Of a DNA stretch of 64,000 nt, positions 24,497 to 37,245 are shown piece after piece. The stretch is taken from NCBI RefSeq assembly GCF_000143415.4, contig NW_003314276.1:1199434-1263433 (forward strand), given 5' to 3'. The notes beneath the pieces were generated by a model. That model did not search any database. It had not been told where the DNA came from and was given only the letters and a program-made list of their open reading frames with translations. Position 1 is the first letter of the stretch. Each line of letters starts with the position of its first letter. The position numbers and the translations under genes were made by a program. Origin of the DNA: Selaginella moellendorffii (taxonomy: Eukaryota > Plantae > Lycopodiophyta).

Positions 24497-25719
24497 CAAT
24501 TCAGTAGCTTGATAAACATGCAAATATAGAACTTGATGAAAAATCCTTTGATATGTCACAATGCCCCTAGGACCATAAACACATTTCAATAGAGAGGGTC
24601 CTTTCATTTCAAAACTCCTTATGTAGATCTTGGTGAAACCAGAGTTAGTGAAGTTAGTTTCTTGTGATCCCGCATCTGATTGTGATGTCCCTTTGCAGTG
24701 TCGATGGAAAGGTCAATGCACACCAAACTGTAAAATCTTGGAGCAAAATAACGGTCGGATCTATGGCAAATGCCCCTGAAACATTGTAAGGCTCGTGTGG
24801 TCTCATGTGGTTTCCAATCAAGATGCTTCTTTGCAGAGTCATCAAGAAAGACATTGTATACCATTCTGTAAAATCTAGTTGCGATCTAACGGTTGGATCT
24901 CCAAAAAACTCAAAAAACTCTCGTGCGTGTTAGAATATTCTAGGAATATACTCCTATGTGCCCCTGAAAATGGCATGCGGCCCCACGCTATTCAAGAGAT
25001 AACACTAGATGACACCGAGCATTTTTTGGTGCATTTTTTGGGATTTGTATACCATTCTTTATTTAGCTGAACATCTGGCATTTTTGGAAATACAAGATGC
25101 TTTGGAATATCCAATCATGAATGGTATAAATATAGCGAGGGTATTAAATGATATCCCAATCATGATCTTTCTTTTGGATTTCGCGTGCATGCAATCCAAG
25201 GAATGATGACGTTGAGGATTTCTTTTGGATTTCACGTGCATGCATGCGCGCGGCGATCCAGAAATTAGTGGTGGCGCCCAAGTCCGAGGAATGATGACAT
25301 GGCGGGATTACCAACCATTGTGACATTTCGCACGTGTGAGGTTAGGTTTTGCATTTTGCTTCGTACTCGCGCTCGCATTGCGCTCCCACTCACGATCACG
25401 CTCACATTCGCGCTCATCTACCTTCTCTACAGGTTTCTCGTGTGCATCGGCATCCACTCGCGCTTGCATCACACTCGCGCTCGCATCGCGCTCGTGTGCA
25501 TCGGCGTCCACTTCAAGACACACCCAGTTTGTAACTTCGCCGCCAACTCCGCTGCCCACTCCGCCACCCACACGCAGCCCACTTGGCGTCCCGGGAGATT
25601 TCAGCGCCACTGTCCAACTGTAAGTGGCAGAGTAGCCTTGCTGCTAAGATCCGCTGCACACACAGTGCACATTCGCCAGCAAGTCCGGCCTCGATTGTCA
25701 CGCCTCCATTCGGCTTCAA

Positions 25720-28700
25720 ATGGTAAGTCTTTTAGGCCAAGTAGAAAATGGCATGAGGCCACATGCCATTCAGTAGCAACATTGGCATGCACCGATTGGG
25801 CTCTCAAGTGCAGTCTGGTTACAGATGGCGTGTAACCTCATGCCATCTTAGGATGCAGCCTCAAGACATCTGATGCAGTGGTGAATGGCGTGTGGCCTCA
25901 CGTTATTTCCAGCTGCTAGCTTTTCATCTGTCAGCTCTAATTGTTGTGCATTTTTGAACAGGCGAGGAATTGCGTTCTTCTTCCAGCCACTGTCAATGTG
26001 GATGCAGAGAAGGGGGAGGAGCTCACCAGTTGGACTTTCGGGATGGAAGGCGAGGATCTGAGGCTGTACAACACAGATGGTGGGAGAAAAGAATGCATGG
26101 GGATCCTCATCCAAGTGACAGACACTCCATGCAGTTCCATGCAAGAATATGGACTGGCACTTGTGGTAGAGACAGCGTTTGCCTTCAAGATCCACCTTGC
26201 ACATCCTAGTGGCTTCTCGGAAGGGGGCAGCGGCTATGAGGAATTATTAGAGGGAGCTAGGGAGAGGTTGTCCAGGAGGCCCACAATTTCAAAGACGCTG
26301 CGGGTCTATGAAGATCACATGGAATCCACGGACCTCACCTACGGCGATGTTCAAAAACTATATTCCAACATTGAGTCGTTGAGAGTGCCTCCAGTTTGCG
26401 AAGCGAAGGGGAAGGGGGTCGATCTGGAAACTACCCCGAAGCAGAAAAGGGTGGTCAAGCTCAAGCCGACGTCCGACTCTCCTGCTCCAAAAAAGAAGCT
26501 ACTCGGTGATGCCATTGCCTCAGGTTCGAACACTACACCCACCAAAAAGAAGAGCCGCAAAGAGCAGAAAGAGCAAGAAGAGGCAGCAAAAATCGTCGCA
26601 GATAATAGTACTTGTTACTATTCCAACAAAGTATATACAATCGACGTGAGCCGTATCGACATCCAAAGCAAATACAACCACAGGCTAGTATCTGATGAGT
26701 GGGTGGAGAAACTGAAGCAGAAGATGCTGGCAAGTCCAGTAACACCCGACATCGCAGACGTGATCCCCTACTACCGAACAATGAAGGGCGAGACAAGGTT
26801 TCCAGACTTGATCAATAGGAAGGTGTTGGACGATCAGAACATCCGGTTCTATGCCGTCTCCGGGCAGCATTCTAGCTTGGCGATGCAAGAGATAGTTGTG
26901 GATATTATGGTGGGCGAGGAGGTGAAGAAAGTCTTCAAGACAAGAGTTGTCCGCCTGATAAAAGGCAACTCGCCCCTCCGATCTATCATATACATCTCCC
27001 ACGTGCAGAATGTCAAGCAAGAAACATGCTACAAATCGGGTTTGCACGAGACATTGGCACGAACACGGAAGCTCTGGGTTCAACTGAAGAAGCCACAAAA
27101 ACCAGGACAAGGACGTGCACTAGCAACTAGTGCCTGGCAGGTAAGCCTCGTTGCATGTGGCATAGCATGTGGCCTCATGCCATTTCCATTGTAGGAATTC
27201 TCGAGTCTTCTCTCGAAAACACTGGGGGTCAATGACACACTCAGCATCCATAACATTCTACTCGCGACAAAAGTTGTTTTTGACAAATGGGTAGATGTGC
27301 TGAGGAGGTACCATGACGGGGAGTTACTAAACTCAATAGGTGTGGAGGACGGCCGGAAGCCCAATGATTTGAAGCTCAACGCCTTGCGTTTCTCGCGGTC
27401 TCTAGACGACGATAACTTTCTGACAGTGGCTAATGCTCTTCTACGTGGTGAGGTAGTCTTCAACAAGACCAAAATGACTCCCGGCCATATTGTGACATAC
27501 GAGGACTTGTGCACGACTCTGAGAGCTCGTGCGCTATTGAAGGATTGGATCTTTGAGCAAGTGGCCGTGGAGAGGGTGAGCATCGACACCACGCAAGAGA
27601 TGATGGAAGCGCTGGATTTGTCAAATGAAGACATCGACGAGTACGTGAAGGGGGCCCCCAAGTTCATCGATCTGCTGCGGGATGCCATGTAAAGTAAAGC
27701 TGAGAAGTTGGATCAGTATCCAAATTTCATTAAGAGGGATGTCGACCGCCGGCTTCAGAAACAGCTCGACCCTGCAGCAGAGGCCTATCGAGAACCTTAC
27801 CGGGTATACGTGAATTCGGATGAGGATCAAAGGTGGAGGAGCATCATTTCCCGCGGAGATGAGCAGGTCAAGAACATCTTTTGTGTGATGGACTTCACAA
27901 ACGAGGAGATCACTCATGCAGACGAAGTCAGCTCCATCATTGACTTAATGGTGGGACTTGCGGAGGTGGAATCTTCAGTCCACTATATGATCTACGACTC
28001 CGAATCCTATCACAAGTTCTAGAAGGCCTTGAACGAGGTGAAGGCTCGGTTGAAAGGCAAGGAGATGCGGGAGATCCATGGGATAATGGCTAAGAAGAAG
28101 ATACCGACGAATGTCCGCATCTTCACACTCGCCCTTGTTATTGGTCCTGCAGCAGAGTGGGACTGGAGTGACTTCCCAGCTTCGTTCGACAAGGCCGATC
28201 GAATTGATCTGAGGGAGGTCAATTTACCCGTGCCTGAGGAACTGAAGACGGCTATGGAGCTTTCGAATCCAAAGAAAGCTCCAGGTGCAGCATGGGAAAT
28301 GCTCAGCTGGGTCTTCAACGCAATAGCGGGTGGGTCACCTGCTTTCGACTCCAAGGGCAAATGCGTTGTCGAGTACAACTGCGGCAGACTATTCTTTCGA
28401 GCCGCACTACTCAAGGGTGTCCCGTGTGTTGCGGTGACAAACTCCATTGAAGAGGTGACTTCAATGGAGCATATAATTACAGTTGCCAAAGAAAAACAGT
28501 ATCTTCTCTACAAACCTGGTGAGTACGCACTTTAAGTTTAAATGTTATCTCACAAGCTCTGTATGCAGGAGCGTGGCCACCCCCAGATGCTGAAACGGCG
28601 TTAACAGCTACTATTGAAGATACCCATGTTGGGCCGAGCTCACAACCTGCACAAGGTAAGGTCACGTGAGGCCTCACGCCATTTTGATTATAGATCGTTG

Positions 28701-30564
28701 TGAATATTCAGACACGAGGACTGAAAAGCGCACTGGTGGCCCGTCGAAGAAGGACAAACAGACAAGCAATAGGAAAAAAGGAGGTACAAATTATATTTGC
28801 AATGGCGTGTGGTCTCATGCCATTCCTTGCAGGAGACACTTCTTCAAAGGCAAAACAGGCAAGCACCAGCCAAGCTCAAACTGACAGTAGTAATAAAAAG
28901 CGAAAGCACGTTGGACAGTTGTCGGGATCAGAGGCGTTTGATTCGAAAAGGAAGAAGGGCAACGAAAAGATGATAGGTAATGCCTCGTGGTTATGGCGTG
29001 TGTGCTCATGCCATTCATTGCAGATCAAGGGCTGAGTGAAAGCAGGCAATCACCACCTCCTGACTCAGATTCCTATGGCAGACTCCCCTTCCCCAATCTA
29101 AATGGAGAGGTATAATGGATGAGGGATGCTTTTCAAGTCAGGGCCACATTTTTCTCATCTCGTCGTCTTCGAAGGGTGCAAGAACGTGCAGAAACCATGT
29201 TAAGACAGTCGGGTGAGGATACGGTCCTAGGTCACGCACTAAAACAAGCTATGGATGTCTTGTATTTTGAGATGGAGACTCGGCCAGATGATTTTCCCAA
29301 GATGGTCTTGGAAGAACAAGCCATCCAGCTTGAGCAGCCTATGGAAGAAATGCAGGAGGGGGATGAGGAGCCAGAGAAAGATAATGAGCAGGAAGAGCAG
29401 AAGGACGAAGAGGAGGACAAAGAAGAGGAGGACAAAGAAGAGGAGGACGAAGAGGACTTGGATGGTCCTCACAATGGTGACGATCACAATAACGACAACG
29501 ACGATGATGACGACGATGGCCAGCCTGAGGTGGCCAAAGAGCAGCGGAGGAAGGTCATACAAGACAAACCATCAAGTAAATAATAGTACATCCATTCCTA
29601 ACCTTTTACCATTTCTAACATTGTCCATGTAGGTCGCAGAGCAAATGGTAAGTAGAGATTATTCAGTTGAATTTACAAACTCTAGCCTTTAGTGTCGAGG
29701 AAGGATAGTGCCAAGCAAGGGTCGAAACGTATGTCCAATCCTTCAGAATCAGCAGTGCACCCAAGTGATATCGGTCCTAGTTCCTCAATAGCAGTTGATG
29801 GTAAATACAGTATAGTCGATTCAATGTGCTAATGAGTTTGTTTTTAGTAGCACGGGAGGATACCATCTCAATCGAAGGGAGATATTTGGACATGCATATG
29901 GATCCGCCAGTGGACTCTACTTGCTTGCAAGAGTCATCAGAGCTGGTGGAGGCTACTATCCATATCAACGCCAAGCAAGCTGACCACACTCCACTTGATG
30001 CTGCCCATACCACTGAGTCAATCTTGTCCACGTATCCAACTGATGGTGACCAGGCGCCATTGGACCCACATGAGGCCGCCCCAGCGGCCGAGCCGGTCGT
30101 ATCCTCATTTCCAACGGACTCAACATGTGCCCAATCGTCTGACTACGCGCCGTTGGAACCTCCCTACACCGCCCCTGCTGCCTGTTCGGTCATGTCCACT
30201 TTGACAACGGAGGCACCAGCTGAAATGGCGTGTGATCACACGCCATCGGAACCACCCCATGCCACTGTTGAGCCAGTTGTACCAGAGTCTACAGCTGAAA
30301 TGGCATGTGCCCACACGCCATTGGATGCGATTGACCCCACATTGCAGAGGAGAGTATTTCCGCCCTTCACGTTTCCTCGACTAAAACCCTCTCAACGACC
30401 ATCGGGAGCACCATTCGCTAATATTGTAGATGGTAAAATTGACTTGTAACATTTTTTATGCTGATGCATTTCATTTCAGAGTCACGGCGAAGGTACTGTA
30501 TCGTTTTTGATCTGAACGGTGTCCTTTTCTCCCATGAGCGTGGCTCGTCCTCGAATGTCACTGC
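25720..30564 (+). pseudogene. Transposon cargo gene, 5' part: ParB/Srx-like + degenerate N6/N4-MTase-like + acidic/low-complexity + start of FCP1-like phosphatase; 3 nonsense codons and an LTR insertion
   Basis: Exon model join(25720-25722, 25962-27140, 27195-28518, 28569-28655, 28712-28783, 28833-28976, 29024-29575, 29633-29647, 29693-29800, 29851-30432, 30480-...) uses only GT-AG introns and is frame-consistent. In-frame stops at 27690 (TAA), 28020 (TAG) and 29113 (TAA). Motifs: IDVSRIDI..KYNHRL..EWVEKL...FYAVSGQHSSLAM, KGKCVVEYNCGRLFFRAALLKGVPCVAV and CIVFDLNGVL. Confidence 0.75.
29231..30564 (+). repeat. Copy 1 of a 1.33-kb direct duplication (copy 2 = 38249-39577)
   Basis: Near-identical sequence and ORFs (29119/38227, 29826/38836, 30458/39471) with scattered SNPs and small indels. 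Confidence 0.95.
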
Positions 30565-30796
30565 TGTGAGACACAAAATCCCCAGGCCCCAAAGTGGAGC
30601 TGGAAGGGTGCCACAGAGTAGTGGACGAAGCGAGAGCCAAACGAGCGTAACACGTTTGGACCAAAAGCTCCGACTTGAAAAGTCAAGAGCGGGAGTGGAA
30701 CTCCCAACGAAGTGCTCGAGGAACGAGCACAAAGCGAGCAAAAGGCGAGGCTCCAAAAAGGGACCCAAAAGGACCAACACATGACACGTGGGAGTG

Positions 30797-31386
30797 TCCG
30801 AGATGGACTCGAGTTGGAGTCCGAAGTGCAGTCCGAGATGGACCCGAGATGGAGTCCGAGATGGAGTCCAAAGTGGAGTCCGAGGTGGACCCGAGATGGA
30901 CCCGAGTTGGAGTCCGAAGTGGAGTCCGAGATGGACCCGAGATGGAGTCCGAGATGGAGTCCGAGATGGAGTCCGAGGTGGACCCGAGATGGACCCGAGT
31001 TGGAGTCCGAAGTGGAGTCCGAGATGGACCCGAGATGGAGTCCGAGATGGAGTTCGAGATGGAGTCCGAGGTGGACCCGAGATGGACCCGAAATGGAGTC
31101 CGAGATGGAGTCCGAGATGGACCCGAGATGGAGTCCGAGATGGAGTCCGAGATGGACCCGAGATGGACCCGAGATGGATTCCGAGATGGAGTCCGAGATG
31201 GAGTCCGAGATGGAGTCCGAGATGGAGTTCGAAGTCGAGACCGAGACCGGGACCGGGACCGAGACCGAGACTGAGATCGGGACCGAGACCGAGACCGAGG
31301 CCGAGGCCGAGACCGGGCCCGAGCCCGGGTCCGAGTCCGAATCCGAGTCCGAGTCCGAGTCCGAGTCCGAGTCCGAGTCCGAGTCC
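30797..31386 (+). repeat. Tandem array in 5' LTR: GAGATGGAGTCC/GAGATGGACCC units, then (GAGACC)n and (GAGTCC)n
   Basis: Read directly. Confidence 0.95.
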
Positions 31387-34300
31387 GGAGCCTGAGAGGG
31401 TGAAAGCCCAAAGCGTTCGTCTCCCAGACCCTGGGGGGTTTGGTGAGCTCCAAAAGTATAGTAGGGGGAGGACTGCAGTGGAGCCAGTTTGGCCAGGAAA
31501 GGCCAGTTTGGCCCAGGAAGGCCAGACCCAGTGTTGGGTGATGAGCTGCCCACTGGGAAGTCCAAGACTAGAGTGAACACAGACCGACAAGCGGGGTAGC
31601 TTGGTGAAGTGTTCAAGAGCCGGCTCTAGTTCCCCCAGGAGATCGACTGGCCGATGCTCCCAGTCCAAGTGTGGGTGGCACTACCTACTTGGATACCTGG
31701 TGTGGCTCAACGGAACCCGCTCTAAGCCCATGGCTAGAGCACCCAAGGGCAGAAGGCGAGGAGAGTACCCAGGTGGCTCGCGTAAGGCCACGGTGTTCCG
31801 AAATGTTGTCCCAAAAGCCCAGACTGTGGAAAGGAAGAGGAGCAGTCCTCTGGGGTAGTGACCAAGGACACAGTCGTGTGGTGAGGAAGTCCCAGAGGAC
31901 CGTGGGATGTAGTGGTCGGGCCTGTGGGTCTCGATCCAGTGGCAGTGTTGGCAAACACGGCCAGGGGCAGAAAGGGACTTAGTGGGGACTAACAGAGGGA
32001 TATTGGGGAAGGTTATTCCCCTTGTCGGTGGGCATCCTAAGGATGCTAAGGAGTGGATCTGAGATGACCACTCACGGATGGTTTGCCTAGTCTTGGAGGG
32101 CCAAGACGGTGATGCAAGTGGTGTTGGACCACCAGTGTGACCAAGGTAAATGGGCATGGCCTTAGTGTAACGGGCCGGTACGTCGGTGATACCTTGGGGT
32201 GTCGATCATGGGATCGGACACATGGAGAACTTGGACCAAGTGCTAAGGTTGAGTGGCATGGATGACATTCTCGGGGCTAGCAAGCCCCAAGTCCTGAGTT
32301 GGACTTATGGAAGTTGTCAATGAGACTCCTCCAAGTGGTCAGACATGTGGTTAAGTGACTAAAGTAAAATGGAAAATTTAGTCGCTTACAATTTGGTATC
32401 GGAGCTGTTCCTTAGTCCGACTTTTATTGGTGCTCAAGTATATCACCACTAGTGTTGGCATCGGAAGGTCCGAGGAGTGGGCCTATCCTTGAGGAGTAGC
32501 AAGTCGGGAAGACATGGCTCTCCATTACAGTTCATGTGTGAACTTGTAGACGAGGTGGTGAATAGAAAAGGGCCAATAATGGAACGACTTTGGGATCTTG
32601 GGAACAGTGCAAGGTTTTCCTCATTGAGTTGAGGATGTGATCCGGATGAGCATTTGTCTCAGCAAATTGGCTTAGGTTGTTGTGGTAAACAACTAAAGTT
32701 GGGATCACGGGAAAGATAGAGACTCCAAAACAATAAAGGAGTCACAAGATTATCCTCATATAGTTGAGGTTGGTGCTTATGAATGTGAGACCAAAGGTAA
32801 TGACCGTGGAAGGTCAAATACGGAAGAGGACTCAAGTCCTTGAAATGGTAGCCGGGGCTACCTTTAATAAATGCTGGAACAACCCAAGGAGTTGGGGGTG
32901 TATTAAGTGGATGAGTTGGTATTCTCATCACATGGACAAGTAGTCCTAAGGGGCAAAGGTTGCCCCCAGAGAACAAAATCAAGTGTCAGAGTAACACTTG
33001 TGAAAATAGTCCTTTTGAGTAGGACCGGAATGCAAGAAGTGTATTCCAGTGAGCTAGTGCCTCACAAGTACGACCTTACGGGTCGATGGATTAACCAAGT
33101 CCAAAACTGCTAGACGACTCAAGTAGAGTCAAGGGATGGTCCTAAAAGGACTGATAGAAGCATTTGGACTGAGGTGCGTTGTACCCCACAAAGGATGGGG
33201 GGGGGGATCATAGGATCCAAGGATGAGAACAGAGAGTATCTCATCGATGGCAAAATGTGCCATGCTAAAGTTATAGGAAAGGTGTTCCCAGAAGAAAACA
33301 ACTTTGACACAAAGTTGTGTGTGACCTCTATGGTGTAGTGCTAACGGATGGTTGGCATGAGAAAGAGCGGTGTTGGTCTTGGCAAAGACTTAGGCTTGTG
33401 GAGCTGATGGTGTGGAGACACCAAATGTGCCAAGGTGTGAATCAGATACCTTGAGGCTATGTTGGTGGGTTCATGAGAACCCCTTGCCAAAGGAATCCCA
33501 ATGGAAATGGGAATGGCATAGCCTAAGCGGCAGAGCATGCAGTTGGAGTGCGGTGAACCAGATAATGATGGAGGTGTGCAAGCACCAAGCAATGAGTTGT
33601 AGGACTTGACAACTATGAGGCAACTAAGCAAGAGGTGCAAAATAACTGGTTAAACGGGTAGAAGGTAGCTACCCAAGACTTCTAGTATAGGGAAGTCGAA
33701 TATACCCTTACAGGAGATAAGTTGCTTATGTTGCGATATAGTAAGTCAATGTCATAAAAGGAAATACTCATTGTCAAGAAAGCCATCATTGGGACACCTG
33801 AACACTCTAGAACACTAGAAGGTGGTGTTTGATGTCGCGAGGGCAATGGATAAAGCCCAAGGGACTAAGTCCCTAGCGAATGATGGATAGAAGGTGCTAT
33901 CCAAATGTCCAAGGTTGCGGAGACAAGAGAGGACTGTCTACCCGAGTTGGACAAAGCCAAAAATGGAATTTTGGCAAGGCTAGTGATGGGCATGTAAAGG
34001 CCCATAAGCAACAATGTAATCCCAGTGTATGGGATTATAAGCTGAGCATACCCAGATTGAGGAACCACTCCCTGGGCTATTGGGTAGGTTCATCCCTAAG
34101 AATACTTGCTAAGGCATGATAGAAAGTGCAAAGCTATCCTCCTGGTCTGGAGGAGAATGACCGAAGGAAAGGTGTGAAGCCAAAAGCAAGTAGTATTGGG
34201 ATGGAACTGAACCATAGAAATCAAAGGGCATATCCAACAGTGGTTATGAAAGTTGGGAGTGGAGAATCAAGAGGGTGCTCGAGGATGTTGTTGCTAACAA

Positions 34301-36648
34301 CCGTGATGCCATGGAGAGTCTAAAATATGGAATTGTCCATGTTAGACTATATGGCAACTATAAAGCTTGCGAAAGGGGAGGCCTTAGCAAGCTGAGGGAC
34401 AGAGTTCCTTCAAGGTTCCCAAAGACGATTCTAGGTAGCGTAGTACCTAGAAAGACCAAGTGTAAATGGTTCATGGAACGCGCGAAATCAGAGTGGCGCA
34501 GCAGAAGCGTGGTCTTGAAGCTTGCCATGAGGCAAGGCTATCAAGGTTAGGGAAGTAGTTCCCGAGTGTTCAAAGAGAGGGCTTTGAACGAAAGTCGATG
34601 GTCAAGGACTTTCACGCTTATGCAGGAATCATGTACAATGGTCGGAGGACTTGCCAAGTGAGATTGGCACGTCGGGGGAACAAAGACCCTAGTTGAAGGT
34701 GATATCTTCAAAAAGGGTGGGCCATGGGGCCAAGCATGGAGGAGTCCATGCATGATCACAGACATGTCAAGTGAGAGGACTTGGCAGTGTGGAGGAACTA
34801 GGTTCCTAAGCTGTGATCTGTAGCGCGCTTTAAAAATAAGTTGGTGCACCGGCATGGGGAGTCATGCCAGGCATCTAGTGTGATGCCGTCCGTAGATGCA
34901 TATACGGAGGTTGGGTTCGAGTCCCGACCCTCTAGTGCTTGGGTTCGAGTCCCAAATCACTAGGGCGTGGTGATGGTTTGGAATATGAGGACACTCATAT
35001 TTCGGTGGTCATGGACTCTCAGTGGGGAGACTGGTTTGGGCACACCGCCAAGCGAGGGATGCCTCGGAGTAGTGATGCACGGTTAGATTGCTTAGTGTGA
35101 AAGCTCAGCATATCTAACTTGAACGCTTTGGTGCAAGTGGCACCAAGGTCGTGGTGAGTGAGATGGGGACACCTAATCTCAGTTGCTAGGAACCCTTGGC
35201 CGTAAGGGCTGGCTTGGGTGCACCGCCAAGTGTGGGGGATGCCCCCGGGGTTATAGTCAACAACTTGGAGGTCTAGAAGACCAAGTACCTCTTGGCAACT
35301 CTGTTAAGGTGCCAAGGTGAGATCACTAGGTGATCTTATGGCCAGATAAGGACATGGTCCTTGGTTGGCTAAGGAATGAAGTTCCTGGTTCAAAATGTTG
35401 AAATTGAACTGTTTAAGGTGGTGTGGCTTGGTCGTGATAACCAAGTGGGAAGAGCACCTAAGGGAATTAAACTATGCCCGTGCGATGACATAGTGAGTCC
35501 AAGGAAAGTAGTCTCTATAAAAGACCCATGGGAGGGTCACGAAGTTGGGCCGTGGATAGAGCCCATAGCAGAAGATGCTAAAGAGACGTACTAGGGGTGA
35601 ACATCCTCCGGACTTGGCAAAGAAGAGTCTTTGCTATGGAACAGAAACAATACCTCAAGGAGGGAGGTAGAGATTCGATGTTGCTTGGTGCAACAATCAA
35701 CGGATAGGAGCAAAAGATGAGTGGCCAAGATAGGGCCGTGGAATCCATTGGAAGGAATCCAAGTGACAAAGTTAGGCGAGGAACACTAATGTGTTGGACG
35801 CTAACGAGTTGCGGGAAAGGAAGTGTGTTTCCAAGGAGGGATTCCGAAATGCTCCGATTTGGCAAAAGTGGAAGCTCCAAGGGAGGGAGCGGTAAGGTAG
35901 CCAAATGATAAGGCCATGAACAGCCCTAGCACAAAGTATGATAACTGGAACTTTGGCACGAAATAGAAGAGAGGATGAGGGTGCCCTCGAGTAGAGAACT
36001 TCCTAGGATGGGAAGTGGAGTTGCACAAAAGGCGCAAGGCAAGGTGTCGGAGACACCTAGGAAATTGACTCCAAGAAGTCAAAATTTAAAGTTCCAAAGT
36101 GCAAAGGTTATATCGATGGAAATTGAGACTACTCGAGAAGGAGTAGTGGGATTGACTTAGAGAAGGGTTTCTAAGAGGTTTAGCGAGAACTAAACCAATA
36201 AAAAGATGAACCATTACATGTGGTCCAATCAGTCTCTAAATTGGAGAGACTACACTCCTTAAAGGATGGACAAGGCATGGTGAGCCTTTGATGTCAAACC
36301 ATAGACAAAGATTGGCTAGGTGCCAAAGATGGAAATGGTAACACATGTGGGTGTTACTTTATGAAAGGGTTTACCGTTCGATGAGGACATCGAACTTCGT
36401 CTATGGGTGGTGGAGTTGTGAGACACAAAATCCCTAGGCCCCAAAGTGGAGCCGGAAGGGCGCCACATGGTAGTGGCCGAAGCGAGAGCCAAACGAGCGT
36501 AACACGTTTGGACCAAAAGCTCCAACTTGAAAAGTCAAGAGCGGGAGTGGAACTCCCAACGAAGTGCTCGAGGAACGAGCACGAAGCGAGCAAAAGGCAA
36601 GGCTCCAAAAAGGGACCCAAAAGGACCAACACATGACACGTGGGAGTG

Positions 36649-37245
36649 TCCGAGATGGACTCGAGATGGAGTCCGAGATGGAGTCCAAGATGGACCCGAG
36701 ATGGAGTCCGAGATGGAGTCCGAGATGAAGTTCGAGGTGGACCCGAGATGGACCCGAGTTGGAGTCCAAAGTGGAGTCCGAGATGGACCCGAGATGGAGT
36801 CCGAGATGGAGTCCGAGATGGAGTCCGAGGTGGACCCGAGATGGACCCGAAATGGAGTTCGAGATGGAGTCCGAGATGGACCCGAGATGGAGTCCGAGAT
36901 GGAGTTCGAGATGGAGTCCGAGGTGGACCCGAGATGGACCCAAAATGGAGTCCGAGATGGAGTCCGAGATGGACCCGAGATGGAGTCCGAGATGGAGTCC
37001 GAGATGGACCCGAGATGGACCCGAGATGGAGTCCGAGATGGAGTCCGAGATGGAGTCCGAGATGGAGTCCGAAGTCGAGACCGAGACCGGAACCGAGACC
37101 GGGACCGAGACCGAGACCGAGACCGAGATCAGGACCGAGACCGAGACCGAGGCCGAGGCCAAGACCGAGCCCGAGCCCGAGTCCGAGTCCGAATCCGAAT
37201 CCGAGTCCGAGTCCGAGTCCGAGTCTGAGTCCGAGTCCGAGTCCG
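36649..37245 (+). repeat. Same tandem array in 3' LTR
   Basis: Read directly. Confidence 0.95.

Noticed and set aside
25299-25835. Overlapping ORFs at 25.3-25.8 kb and 23.36-23.76 kb
   Set aside because: They derive from GC-rich short repeats in presumptive 5' UTR/promoter regions and show no domain signal.
27690-29115. Alternative genetic code (TAA/TAG = Gln) or U-to-C editing to explain the in-frame stops
   Set aside because: The transposase runs 1021 codons without TAA/TAG and ends in TAA. Similar stops, plus CGA>TGA, litter the retroelements, so methyl-C deamination is sufficient.
30418-31668. Long ORFs in all six frames (also 36354-37526 and 16682-17266)
   Set aside because: They arise from stop-free tandem repeats inside LTRs (SPRW, LGLH, DSDS translations).
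34851-34868. GGCATG-N6-CATGCC match to the palindrome inside the nested LARD
   Set aside because: It lacks the outer AT/AT bases, and a related hairpin exists at the homologous site of the old LARD copy (~48792), so it is native to the retroelement or a chance match.
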